A DNA stretch of 64,000 bases from a virus (lineage: Duplodnaviria; Caudoviricetes): IMG/VR virus record IMGVR_UViG_3300033067_001743, positions 32,001 through 96,000 of that record; one strand, 5' to 3'. Positions 9,521-18,928 of this stretch are shown in pieces. The position numbers and the translations under genes were made by a program. The notes under the pieces were generated by a model. The model saw only the letters and a list, made by a program, of their open reading frames with translations. It was not told the origin of the DNA and searched no databases. Every line of letters starts with the position of its first letter. Positions within the stretch are counted from its first letter, which is position 1.

Positions 9521-11022
9521 AATGTAATTCCCATGTATCCCATATTAACTGTTGGAGATATTTTTATTATTTCATATCTTGGTCTTGGCTTGTATGCCTT
9601 AAATAAGGTTTCTAAGCCACTTTTAAAACCTTTGCACATATTTACACTGCCCATACCACTTTCTTCGCTTATAACCCATTCTCTGCCTTCCAGCCCACGT
9701 TTTTCCCTGTCTTCTTTGGTTAGTTTGTAAACTTCCATCAATCGTTCGGCTCCATCTTCTGCATCACAAACATCATCAAAAATATATGGAGTAGGAATTG
9801 AACCTTGTAACTGTCTTGCTCGTGGAAAAATTGGAAATGCCCAATTTCCATGATCTTTATATTTACCCCTTGAGTTAGTTGCGAATTCAGGACTAAATTC
9901 TATCCATTTACCATCTTCATCTGTGAACCTCATTTGGTCTTGAAGTCCACCTGTAACAGGTGCTATGATTGGAGTCCCGGTTAGTAAACTTTCATTTGCT
10001 GCTAATCCAAATCCTTCAGCAGATGACATAAACATTGTAACATCAGATAAATTATAAAACCAATTCAGTACACTTGTTGGTAATTGTTCCTGATTAAACA
10101 AAACTCTATAGTTTGGACATATTGCTTTCTTTACTGCTAAAAGGTCTGTACCATTTTCGTCTTGAATGTGGGTTTTCATTAGAAGGCAACATTTCTTTGC
10201 TTGTTCTTTTGGTAATGTATCACAGAATAATTTATAAGCCAGTATAACATCTCCCGGCTGTTTTCTACGAATATTCCTGCTGTTATAAAACACAACAAAA
10301 TCAATGTTATTTGGTTTTAGGAAATTATCTCTAAACTGAATATACTCTTTCCAATCAGGCGATTCTTCTGTTTCTTTGTAGAAATATTTTTCTGTTGAAC
10401 CATGAGGAAGGTACTTTAACAACACACCTTTAAGTTCTTGGCCATTTTCTAATTTATCTAAATCAGTATAATCTGTATTGTTGTACTTTAAACACTCAGA
10501 ATTTACAACCTTTGTACCTTTATTAATGGAAAATAACATATCACAAGATGAATATGCGCTTGAATTCCACAATGGAATAATGTGAGAATCCCATATGTTT
10601 ACATAAACTAATGGAATTTTATATTCCGATCTAAGTTCATGTTCCATGTAAAATAACCATCCCCAAAACCTTGGGTCTGTAATGAAAACAATTGCATCTG
10701 GTTTCTCATATGCAATAACCTCTCTCAAAACATCAGGAGTTCCGTAACCAGAGTGAGCATACAACATTACATTTGCATCTTCAACTCCTGTTTCGTTCCT
10801 AATATCTTGAGAAAGGTCTATTTTTTTTCCGTGTTCTGGGTGATTTAAGGCTGCGCCCAATTGTACCCAATCATATTTATCTACTGATCCTACTACTAAC
10901 TCTCTACTGATTGTACTAATTCCTGATTGAAATCTAATATCATCTCCAAGTAGTAATATTTTTTGTTTCTTCTGTGTATCCGAACTTAATTTTCGGAGTT
11001 TTGGAAGGTTAATTTGATTCAA
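9514..11022 (-). CDS. glycosyltransferase family 4-like (GT-B)
   Basis: SGIS, RNIRRKQ, AEGFGLAANES...GTPIIA..TGGLQDQ; TTG start with GAGGTG SD. Confidence 0.9.
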   Translation of the reverse strand: MNQINLPKLRKLSSDTQKKQKILLLGDDIRFQSGISTISRELVVGSVDKYDWVQLGAALNHPEHGKKIDLSQDIRNETGVEDANVMLYAHSGYGTPDVLREVIAYEKPDAIVFITDPRFWGWLFYMEHELRSEYKIPLVYVNIWDSHIIPLWNSSAYSSCDMLFSINKGTKVVNSECLKYNNTDYTDLDKLENGQELKGVLLKYLPHGSTEKYFYKETEESPDWKEYIQFRDNFLKPNNIDFVVFYNSRNIRRKQPGDVILAYKLFCDTLPKEQAKKCCLLMKTHIQDENGTDLLAVKKAICPNYRVLFNQEQLPTSVLNWFYNLSDVTMFMSSAEGFGLAANESLLTGTPIIAPVTGGLQDQMRFTDEDGKWIEFSPEFATNSRGKYKDHGNWAFPIFPRARQLQGSIPTPYIFDDVCDAEDGAERLMEVYKLTKEDREKRGLEGREWVISEESGMGSVNMCKGFKSGLETLFKAYKPRPRYEIIKISPTVNMGYMGITLW

Positions 11023-11098
11023 GTTTTCACCTCTTCTCTTTTTTTATTTATTATGCAGGTATATTTTCTTTTCTGCCATTGTTTTTTAATTTTTGTGT

Positions 11099-11353
11099 TT
11101 ACCAACTGATTCGTGTTACTATTACATCATTACTATTTTTAAATGTATCGAACCTAAAACCAGCAGTACCAAGTCTTGATTGACAAAGCGGCTCCATGTT
11201 CCCATTAAACTCTATTGATGAATTTGAACTATTTCTTGCAGCAAGAAGTTTATCCAGTACCTCATCATAGGTGTGTGTTTTTATTAAAAGTGAGTGTTCG
11301 CCTAATAAAGCCTTTAGGCTTCTATCTAGCCTCTGTTGTGTATCTGTTTGCAT
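11099..11353 (-). CDS. hypothetical protein
   Basis: 84 aa ORF with AAGGA SD. Confidence 0.55.
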   Translation of the reverse strand: MQTDTQQRLDRSLKALLGEHSLLIKTHTYDEVLDKLLAARNSSNSSIEFNGNMEPLCQSRLGTAGFRFDTFKNSNDVIVTRISW

Positions 11354-11379
11354 TTTTTCCTTTAACTATCTAAAATTTA

Positions 11380-11784
11380 TTAAATGAATACCACTGGGAT
11401 ATTCTTTTTTTCTGCTTTTTTCCTAATGTTGTCATAAAGATTCCAGTCTAAATCAGATTGTGCTGAACCTATTACAAGTCTATCAGTTCGAATCAACATT
11501 TCCTGATAACGATGTGGAATGTGACTTGGATGTTTTCCTTTGCCAAAATACTCTTTTGGTAAAAAAGAATACATATTGTGACCTGTATAACTTGGATTAA
11601 ATTCCTTGTATGGTAGATCAAACTCAAGTGAAAACTTTTTTACATCATACTCAATTCCAGTTAGATTCCCACCACTAAAAATAGTGGCAGTATCACTAAA
11701 TGTTTTCTTCACTTGAAAAAGAAATTCCTTAACCTTAGTTGTGTAGTTGGTGTCAACACCTCCTATTATTCCAATTCTGTACAT
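11380..11784 (-). CDS. SLOG-superfamily (YspA/DUF2493-like) protein
   Basis: IGIIGG...FSGGNLTGIE...C-terminal KKNIPVVFI pattern. Confidence 0.6.
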   Translation of the reverse strand: MYRIGIIGGVDTNYTTKVKEFLFQVKKTFSDTATIFSGGNLTGIEYDVKKFSLEFDLPYKEFNPSYTGHNMYSFLPKEYFGKGKHPSHIPHRYQEMLIRTDRLVIGSAQSDLDWNLYDNIRKKAEKKNIPVVFI

Positions 11785-12734
11785 TATAGTGTTATTCTAT
11801 TTTCTATTGGACAAACTTCAAAATTATCTTTGAATTCACAAAAACGGCAATTAAATCCATTTCTACCTGTTATGGCTCTAAATGGATATAATTCGTTGTA
11901 AGAGCCATCTGGTAGAAAACAAGCATCTAAAAACTTCTGGAATTCCTTTTGTACTTGATTCCTTGATATTGAGCCTTGACTTGGTGAAAAGGTTTGGACT
12001 CTTTTTTGAGGGTATAATGAATCTTCATCCAATTTCCTCTTCAATATAATATAACTTCCTTCAATGTCTTCCACTGGAATGTCATACTGTTTGGCAAAGT
12101 ATATTTTATACAAAATAACTTGTGAAGTTTTAACCTTATCTTCCTTATCCCACTTCTTCCAACCCGCCTTTGAAGTTTTTAAATCTGGCATTGTTATCTT
12201 ACCATTATTTTTATCCTGAAATACAATATCAAGATACCCCATCAAATAAACATTAGGTTTTGTTTGATCTGGTACAACTAATAATGGTAATTCCGTTCCA
12301 ATTAAATTGGTATTCTTCCTGTCAAAGTAGGATGCTCTATTCTTTCTCAAATACTCCAATGTCAATAGTCCATCAGCAGCAAATTCCCCCAATTCTGACT
12401 GAGTAGAAAAATGCTTTCCCATCTTTTCCACTTCTATCATGTACTGTTCTCTTAACTCCGTAAACAAAAGACTTTTAAAGTCTAATGCATCTGCCTCTTT
12501 AACTGTACTTGTAAAAAGTACTTGTAACCAATGTTGAACAACATTATGAATTGCTGTTCCAAATACAGTGTGAATTGTGCCTTGTTTGTCTTTTAATCTG
12601 TCAATATGGCACAATTTCCAATAATGTTCGCACTTTTTAAACGATGAAAACTGAGAGTATGATACAAATTTAGCGTTCTCAGGTTTCTCTATATTCAAAT
12701 TGAATTTGGGGTCAATCGTGAATGATGCCTTCAT
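11784..12734 (-). CDS. Cas4/RecB-like PD-(D/E)XK exonuclease
   Basis: SYSQ..C, FGTAIH, E...GYLD...DLKTS, QVILY, C-terminal CxxC...C Fe-S ligands. Confidence 0.85.
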   Translation of the reverse strand: MKASFTIDPKFNLNIEKPENAKFVSYSQFSSFKKCEHYWKLCHIDRLKDKQGTIHTVFGTAIHNVVQHWLQVLFTSTVKEADALDFKSLLFTELREQYMIEVEKMGKHFSTQSELGEFAADGLLTLEYLRKNRASYFDRKNTNLIGTELPLLVVPDQTKPNVYLMGYLDIVFQDKNNGKITMPDLKTSKAGWKKWDKEDKVKTSQVILYKIYFAKQYDIPVEDIEGSYIILKRKLDEDSLYPQKRVQTFSPSQGSISRNQVQKEFQKFLDACFLPDGSYNELYPFRAITGRNGFNCRFCEFKDNFEVCPIENRITL

Positions 12735-12750
12735 TATTTATTTTTAAATG

Positions 12751-13017
12751 TTAAAAATTTGCTTCTTCATTTGCTTTTAGAAGTTTCCTTATTTTCTTAT
12801 CAAACTTCTTTTTAACTTGTAAATACTGCAATGGATACTTGTTTTTGAAAATCTCTTCAATTTCTGCGGCTGTTTTTTCTTCTCCAATATACTCAAAAAC
12901 CATTTCTATAGTTGTAGAAAATGGAAGTTCCCCTGAGCCAGTAGTTTCTGTATTTTTTACAATGTTACTGGAATCTTTAGTTGGGATATATTGATGATAA
13001 ACCTTATAATCTTTCAA
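12751..13017 (-). CDS. hypothetical protein
   Basis: TTG start with AGGAG SD. Confidence 0.55.
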   Translation of the reverse strand: MKDYKVYHQYIPTKDSSNIVKNTETTGSGELPFSTTIEMVFEYIGEEKTAAEIEEIFKNKYPLQYLQVKKKFDKKIRKLLKANEEANF

Positions 13018-13026
13018 TTTAACTCC

Positions 13027-13305
13027 TTATTTAAAATCATCGCCTTTAAAGCCTTTAAAAGGTTTCTTAGGGTTTAAATCTTCAATTGGTGGAGTTACTA
13101 CAGGAACTTCAATAGTTGGAAAATCTATTGCTTTTTCCAAAACTGGAACTGCTTTAATTACAGGCTTTTCTACAGGTTTTGGCTCTTCATATTCTTTAAA
13201 GTGCCTGTCTTTTATTTCCTGTGGAAGTTTGTTGTATTCCCACTCTTCTATAATATCATTAGTTGGGTTTCTCTTCCATCCACGAATGCAAATGTATTTT
13301 TTCAA
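13027..13305 (-). CDS. hypothetical protein, P/E/V/K-rich tail
   Basis: TTG start with AGGAG SD. Confidence 0.55.
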   Translation of the reverse strand: MKKYICIRGWKRNPTNDIIEEWEYNKLPQEIKDRHFKEYEEPKPVEKPVIKAVPVLEKAIDFPTIEVPVVTPPIEDLNPKKPFKGFKGDDFK

Positions 13306-13320
13306 AATTAATCTCCTTAT

Positions 13321-13632
13321 TTACAATATTAAACTACTTTTTGTTGTTGGTATTTCCTTCACTTCTGTCATATCAAACATTTCTTCAATGTCTTTCATAC
13401 CTTTAGGGAAGAATTGTTTTAATGGTGTGCCACAATCTGCACACTTAAAACATGGAATTGGTTGTACATAATCTTCTGGTGTTCCAGTTAATAGTTTAGA
13501 CCATTTCCTTAATATTACTGCCTCTTCAAAGAATACACCTTCACAGTTCTCACATTGAAATCCTGTGCTGTCTTCTAATTTTAGTGCAATTTGTTGTTGT
13601 ACTGGTGGTTTCATTGGTGCTTTATAACTCAT
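13321..13632 (-). CDS. zinc-ribbon protein
   Basis: CENC and CADC pairs. Confidence 0.7.
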   Translation of the reverse strand: MSYKAPMKPPVQQQIALKLEDSTGFQCENCEGVFFEEAVILRKWSKLLTGTPEDYVQPIPCFKCADCGTPLKQFFPKGMKDIEEMFDMTEVKEIPTTKSSLIL

Positions 13633-13868
13633 TAAACGTACCTCGCTGTTGCGTAAACCTGCTCCAATGCACTTAAAAAAGTGCGTTCGTCTATGTCTAC
13701 TCTATAATTAAATAATATTGGTGATCCTGACTCTCTTCTTATAAAACAGTCATTTTTTGGATTTAAGGGATTAATATAAACACATGTCCAAAATCTATTC
13801 TCATCATCTGATTTAACAATGCAATCAAAATCTTTTCCATGCACATTGTATTGTACTTTAAAATACAT
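13632..13868 (-). CDS. hypothetical protein
   Basis: 78 aa coupled ORF. Confidence 0.5.
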   Translation of the reverse strand: MYFKVQYNVHGKDFDCIVKSDDENRFWTCVYINPLNPKNDCFIRRESGSPILFNYRVDIDERTFLSALEQVYATARYV

Positions 13869-14923
13869 TATTTCATACTATTTAAAATATTAACAAACCT
13901 TTTATTCCCATAATATAATTCTGTCAAAATATTTGCGTCTTCATATAATGACTGTTTCTCATCTTCATAATTTGACATAATACTTTTTACAAAATCTGAC
14001 ATTTGGAATCTATTCCTCAATAAGTATAAAAATTTATTATTTTTTGCTGATGACAAATCTCTAGGATAGTGATATTTACTTGGAAACATGTAATAATACA
14101 TGAGTTTATCTGGAACCATTGGGTATACTCCATTAATCATTGCCTCCCATAATACTACAGGATTTGCTTCTGCCTCTCTTCCGCAAAACACTGCCTTACT
14201 CTTTCTTAAAAGGTCTAAATACAACATCCGGTTGTTGTGATGTTCCTGAGCATATATAAATTTATACTCTGGCAATTCAACACTCAAACCTTGAAATACT
14301 TTAACTTGTAATTCACTGTTTATTTCATAAGGGAATAAAACTATATCATCCTTTTCCTTTTGAATGACTTTTTTCGTTACATATTCAAAAGGAAACCCTG
14401 TAATTTCCCAATTACCTTTTCTTTTAAGTCTTGGGTATTTGTTAAAATACAGGGTTGCCTGTTCTTCACATAAAAAACAATTCATGTCATAACTCTGAAA
14501 CAAAGAATGTTCAAATTCTCTACCCCAAGTCTTATACTTTCTCTTGAACCTTTGCCACATTGGACTTTCTTGGTTGAATAGAGCATTGCCCCAAAAACCA
14601 ATTAATTTAATGTCCATACCATACTCATCTTTGAAATAAGATAGTGGAACGGCTACAAAATTCCAAGCGTTAACAAATACAAATACATCCCCGTTCTTTA
14701 TTTCTCCACGGAGTATCATATCCATTATGGTTCGCAACTGAGTATTTTTGTAGTAAGTATCAGCCCACAAGAAAGAGTCATGTGATATATGACTTCCATC
14801 TATGATATTAACATCATAGTCATTAAAGTCATCATCCCTAAAACAATCCTTCCAGTAAGTTTCTATATGAACCTTCCTATTGTATTCAGTTACAACATGA
14901 ATTGTATTTTTTTGTTTAAGCAC
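13868..14923 (-). CDS. divergent GT-B glycosyltransferase-like protein
   Basis: YLDLLRKSKAVF...EANPVVLWEAMINGVYPMVPDKLMY donor-binding region; degenerate relative to canonical GT4. Confidence 0.6.
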   Translation of the reverse strand: MLKQKNTIHVVTEYNRKVHIETYWKDCFRDDDFNDYDVNIIDGSHISHDSFLWADTYYKNTQLRTIMDMILRGEIKNGDVFVFVNAWNFVAVPLSYFKDEYGMDIKLIGFWGNALFNQESPMWQRFKRKYKTWGREFEHSLFQSYDMNCFLCEEQATLYFNKYPRLKRKGNWEITGFPFEYVTKKVIQKEKDDIVLFPYEINSELQVKVFQGLSVELPEYKFIYAQEHHNNRMLYLDLLRKSKAVFCGREAEANPVVLWEAMINGVYPMVPDKLMYYYMFPSKYHYPRDLSSAKNNKFLYLLRNRFQMSDFVKSIMSNYEDEKQSLYEDANILTELYYGNKRFVNILNSMK

Positions 14924-15155
14924 CCTTCTTCTCCAAAGGATGATCTGCCCTGTCCGGTAATTCCATTATCTTTTCGATCTTGATCTCTGCAACAGAGGTC
15001 AATTCCCAATCAAAGGTAACACTTCCATATTCTTCATAAATTCGTGCTTCAATACCAGAAACTGATGAATCCTCCACTAGGAATTGTAAAGTTTTCTTTT
15101 TGATTGTGCCTTTGTCCGTTTCATGGGACTCTTTTACTTTCGCAATGTAATACAT
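14916..15155 (-). CDS. DUF4494-like protein
   Basis: YYIAKVK...G.IKK...FLVE..SVS..EARI...I pattern typical of Bacteroidota DUF4494. Confidence 0.7.
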   Translation of the reverse strand: MYYIAKVKESHETDKGTIKKKTLQFLVEDSSVSGIEARIYEEYGSVTFDWELTSVAEIKIEKIMELPDRADHPLEKKGA

Positions 15156-15165
15156 GTTGTGTTGT

Positions 15166-15318
15166 TTAAATTGATTTTAAATATTGTTCAAATTTTTCTG
15201 CCCACCTTATGACTATATCATGGTCATGGTTGCAGAACTTTATTTTCCCAGTTAATGCCCTTGCTGCTGCTTTTAAAGCAATAACCTTTATTAACTCGTC
15301 CTTTGTTAGTTGGTCCAT
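15166..15318 (-). CDS. small helical hypothetical protein (50 aa)
   Basis: Hand-translated MDQLTKDELIKVIALKAAA...WAEKFEQYLKSI; TAATG-coupled. Confidence 0.55.
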   Translation of the reverse strand: MDQLTKDELIKVIALKAAARALTGKIKFCNHDHDIVIRWAEKFEQYLKSI

Positions 15319-15473
15319 TATTTTCCAGTTTCTAAAAATTTCAATAATCTTCCGGCTATGTTCAAGACATCAGCAAATGCCATATCTTTCCCAGCCACAT
15401 TGTTTGCGTGTACTATTTGAAATGCTAAATTGAGGCATTGCATTCTCATTGCTTGGATGTTCTCTGTTTCCAT
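15318..15473 (-). CDS. small helical hypothetical protein (51 aa)
   Basis: Hand-translated METENIQAMRMQCLNLA...AGRLLKFLETGK. Confidence 0.55.
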   Translation of the reverse strand: METENIQAMRMQCLNLAFQIVHANNVAGKDMAFADVLNIAGRLLKFLETGK

Positions 15474-15479
15474 GTTCTT

Positions 15480-15659
15480 TTAAATTTTTGTTTTGTGTCT
15501 AAAAATTTTACCATCTCGATGAACTATCATATAGTTATCAGTTATTGCTGTTTTTCTCCAATACTTAATCCAACCTGTTAAAGTTGGAACTATTTCATTT
15601 TGATCACAGTCAATTTTGTAAAATGTTAATAGGTCATTTATTGGTATCCACTTTTTCAT
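15480..15659 (-). CDS. small hypothetical protein (59 aa)
   Basis: Hand-translated MKKWIPINDLL...FRHKTKI; fills the gap in the operon. Confidence 0.45.
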   Translation of the reverse strand: MKKWIPINDLLTFYKIDCDQNEIVPTLTGWIKYWRKTAITDNYMIVHRDGKIFRHKTKI

Positions 15660-15843
15660 ATGGTTTATTTTCTTTTATGTATTTCATTGCATATGGAAAA
15701 TGTACTCCAATTGAATGAAAATGTTGAAGTGCTTTGAATTTTTTTGTGTTGAATCGGTTCCACCAAGTTATTTTTAATACTTGGCTCCATGATGCATTCT
15801 CTGAAATCCATTCTAAAAATTCATTTGTTGTTTTAGTGTTCAT
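15634..15843 (-). CDS. hypothetical protein
   Basis: 69 aa ORF. Confidence 0.5.
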   Translation of the reverse strand: MNTKTTNEFLEWISENASWSQVLKITWWNRFNTKKFKALQHFHSIGVHFPYAMKYIKENKPYEKVDTNK

Positions 15844-16597
15844 AGTTTTTTAATTTACAATTATCAAAATGATGAACTTTCATCCCTTGAAAGCCCCCTA
15901 TTTTATTGCAATGAGGGCAGGTTAATGTTTTACCTTTAAGTGCTTTCCAAGGAGCATTATGCCGACCTATGCCTAAACTATACCCCATATTTAAGTAACG
16001 ATCTACCACATTCTCTTCTACAAATACTGTCTCTCCGTTTAAATTAAGTGCTTTCTTACCTTGAGTAGTAGAGCCAAGTCTTCCAATATGCCACCCAATA
16101 GGTATAGATTTTTCCACTGGAAAGTATTTTTCTTTATCTCCATTGTTTATCCAATGCCTTAAAGTTGTATCTTCTATCCTACCAAGTTTCCAGCCTTGCT
16201 CAAAATACCAATCAAGTTCAAAAGGTCTTACTCGCTTCACAGCCAATGTTTCTGGATGTATTATGAATTTGCTCCCTGTCCTAACCTCTGTAAAAGCCTT
16301 AGAACAAGCCATTTTTCCCTCTGCATAGGCTCTTGAAGAAACTTTGTAAATACCAAGTCTAGTAGTACACATCATCTGAAATGCAAATGCTCTTGATGAC
16401 GATTTAGGATTATCTCTATACAATAACCAATGAGCAATAAAATGCTCTCTTGGTAATAATCTAACTAAATTAGATTCATCATCAATCCCACCTTCTCCTC
16501 TTGGTATTACATGATGAAGTTCTGTATATTGTTTGTTGTCTAATTTTTGGCTTTTTCTCTTTTCAATTAAGGCATCATATATTTTTTTGTAGTTCAT
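15833..16597 (-). CDS. free-standing HNH homing endonuclease (Mob-like)
   Basis: ELHHVIPR..GG.D...NLV.L.PREHFIAH, repeated GW.LGR DNA-binding units, C-terminal CPHC...HHFDNC. Confidence 0.88.
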   Translation of the reverse strand: MNYKKIYDALIEKRKSQKLDNKQYTELHHVIPRGEGGIDDESNLVRLLPREHFIAHWLLYRDNPKSSSRAFAFQMMCTTRLGIYKVSSRAYAEGKMACSKAFTEVRTGSKFIIHPETLAVKRVRPFELDWYFEQGWKLGRIEDTTLRHWINNGDKEKYFPVEKSIPIGWHIGRLGSTTQGKKALNLNGETVFVEENVVDRYLNMGYSLGIGRHNAPWKALKGKTLTCPHCNKIGGFQGMKVHHFDNCKLKNYEH

Positions 16598-16600
16598 TAG

Positions 16601-16632
16601 TGTCCATCCTTTTTACATAAATATGATGGGCA
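16601..16632 (-). promoter_or_regulatory. hairpin occluding the HNH RBS, with a candidate late promoter in its loop
   Basis: Minus strand TGCCCATC-ATATTTATGTAAAAAG-GATGGACA; 7 of 8 pairs; 3' arm overlaps AAGGATGG. Confidence 0.6.
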
Positions 16633-16642
16633 TTTAAAAAAC

Positions 16643-18928
16643 CTAAGTGTGACCATCACGCCAATTTTTTGCAACAGCAGGAGGTGCTGTTAGTGGTAAT
16701 TTTAATTTTGTTGTATTTTCCATTAAGTGTTGAACAATTTCAACTGCTTCATGTAACCTATCATCATCTTTTACATGCATAATGATTTGGTCATGTATTT
16801 GAGCAACAACCAATCCATCAATACCAAGTTCTTTAAACTTCCTGTTAATTGCTATTGCTGCCCTGTTTACAATTGAAGCGGCTAATGATTGAATTTGAAA
16901 GTTCCGGGAATTGTTTAGTCCATTAATGTAGTCAAGGAATAAACTTCTTACATCTTCCTTTCCTAATTTAGCCTCTAAACCTTTTCTAAAATTCCAATCA
17001 GTAATATCTTCTCCAAATAATTCATGTATTTCTTTAACTCGTGGAAGATGTCTTACACGACCTACTTGGGTCTTTATCCAACCATGTTCTTTAACATGAT
17101 CTTCCGAATCCTGCATCCACTTTCTAAGGTTTGGAAATCCACCTAAATAACCTTCAATAAGTTCATCAGCCTGTTTGGTAGAAACTCCAATACTTTGTCC
17201 TAATGCATATGCTTTCATCCCATAAGGAATTCCAAGTGAATATGCTTTTGCTTTTTGGCGGGCCGGTTTGTTTACTTTACCTAAGTAATTTTCAGCCTTC
17301 TTATCTGGACTAACATCTAACATTTTCTCTGTCTTAATGGCAATGGTAGAGTAAAAATCCCAACCTTTTAAGAAAATATCAATCAATCCCTGATCTCCGC
17401 TTACTGATGCAAACGTCTTTGGTTCAAGACTCTCATAGTCACAGTCAATGAAAGAGTATCCATCTTCTGGAATAAAAAATGCTCGAATGCTATTTCGATA
17501 TTTTAAAATAATAACCTCTTCTTCACCTTCTTCTAAAGGTCTTGGAAGTTGTTGTGCATCTGAACCGTATCTACCTGATATAGTTCCATGTTGCTTGTAA
17601 TAAAAGTAATATCTACCATCTTCGTTCTTTTCAAGATAGCGATCAATGTATGCAGACTTAATCTTCATTAATTTATTGAAAATGTACAAGTCCTTTGCCC
17701 ATTGATATTTTTCTGCTAATTTTTCAACTAAATCATCATCAAATTGATCTGAACCTTTTTCGGTTTTACTCAAAGGTTTGATATTCATGTGTCCAAATAC
17801 TATCTCACCTAACTGTTTCTTTGACTGAATATTTACCAATCCACCTTCCTGCTCTTTCCACAAATTAACAGCAATAATAACACCATCTTTTGCTGGTAAT
17901 AAATCAGGATCACCAGTCAACAAATAAGATTTAATATTAGAATCTGGTAATGTTTCTAAAGTTTTCTTTGTAATGCTAAACTTACCACTTTTTTCAGAAA
18001 CTGGAAGTGTTAGTCCATAATGTTTAATTATAGCCTGTGCAAAATTTCCCTTATTTGATGGAGGGTAATTAAATAATGCTGTTTCCATAACCCAGTTTCT
18101 AAATTCTGGCAATGGTCGAAAGGCTTCTATAACTTTATTCCTATACAATTCAATATCAAGTTCTATTTCATCACTTAAATTTTGAATGTATTCCATATCA
18201 AGTTTAACTCCGTGTTGTTCCATTGGAATTGTAACTTCCCTAAGTAATGGCATAACCTCATCTTCAAAAAAGAACTTTTCAAGACCTTCTTCCCTAAGTA
18301 TTTGCCAATAATAATGGCAAACTCTTAATGTTAGGTCAACGTCCTTTACAGCATAGGGCCAAATCACGTTTAAATCGCCCTTGTAGAGTTCAAAGTTACC
18401 TTTGGATACTTCACCCCCATTTTTCTTTACGTTCTCTTTAAGGGCTATTTGCTCCTCATTTGCGGCACTTTCCACATCAAACCCAAGTTCTTCTTGGATA
18501 GACACTGCTATGTCTTTAAGACCAAATTTACCCTCTTCTCTAACAGTGTGAACCATGAGCATTGTGTCAATGTACAAATATGGTAGTAAATCTATGCCAT
18601 AGTCATTTTTTGTGATTTGACAGTCGTATGATCCATTATGCATTACAAGGTTCTTTCCGATTAAAAATTTCAATATCTTTGGAGCCATTTCAGACCCTTT
18701 GATGCCATCAATCATAACATCTTTCAATGTTTCTGTTTCTGTGTCCCATTCGAATATTGGAAAATAATAACCTTCATCAATAACCCCACTAACAGCAAAT
18801 CCAATCAATTCACATTTTCTAACATTCAACCCAGTTGACTCCACGTCAAAGGCAAGCAAATCGTAATTTTCGATGTGATTAAGCATCTCTATTACAATCT
18901 CCTTTGTACTTGCTAATTTATAATTCAT
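16643..18928 (-). CDS. polA: family A DNA polymerase with 3'-5' exonuclease
   Basis: ExoI DVEST, ExoII HNGSYD, ExoIII YAVKD; motif A DYESLE, motif B RQKAKAYSLGIPYG, motif C QIHD. Confidence 0.95.
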   Translation of the reverse strand: MNYKLASTKEIVIEMLNHIENYDLLAFDVESTGLNVRKCELIGFAVSGVIDEGYYFPIFEWDTETETLKDVMIDGIKGSEMAPKILKFLIGKNLVMHNGSYDCQITKNDYGIDLLPYLYIDTMLMVHTVREEGKFGLKDIAVSIQEELGFDVESAANEEQIALKENVKKNGGEVSKGNFELYKGDLNVIWPYAVKDVDLTLRVCHYYWQILREEGLEKFFFEDEVMPLLREVTIPMEQHGVKLDMEYIQNLSDEIELDIELYRNKVIEAFRPLPEFRNWVMETALFNYPPSNKGNFAQAIIKHYGLTLPVSEKSGKFSITKKTLETLPDSNIKSYLLTGDPDLLPAKDGVIIAVNLWKEQEGGLVNIQSKKQLGEIVFGHMNIKPLSKTEKGSDQFDDDLVEKLAEKYQWAKDLYIFNKLMKIKSAYIDRYLEKNEDGRYYFYYKQHGTISGRYGSDAQQLPRPLEEGEEEVIILKYRNSIRAFFIPEDGYSFIDCDYESLEPKTFASVSGDQGLIDIFLKGWDFYSTIAIKTEKMLDVSPDKKAENYLGKVNKPARQKAKAYSLGIPYGMKAYALGQSIGVSTKQADELIEGYLGGFPNLRKWMQDSEDHVKEHGWIKTQVGRVRHLPRVKEIHELFGEDITDWNFRKGLEAKLGKEDVRSLFLDYINGLNNSRNFQIQSLAASIVNRAAIAINRKFKELGIDGLVVAQIHDQIIMHVKDDDRLHEAVEIVQHLMENTTKLKLPLTAPPAVAKNWRDGHT

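Noticed and set aside
11784-12734. CRISPR-Cas system suggested by the Cas4-like gene
   Set aside because: No repeat-spacer array or other cas genes were seen; solo Cas4-like nucleases are common in phages
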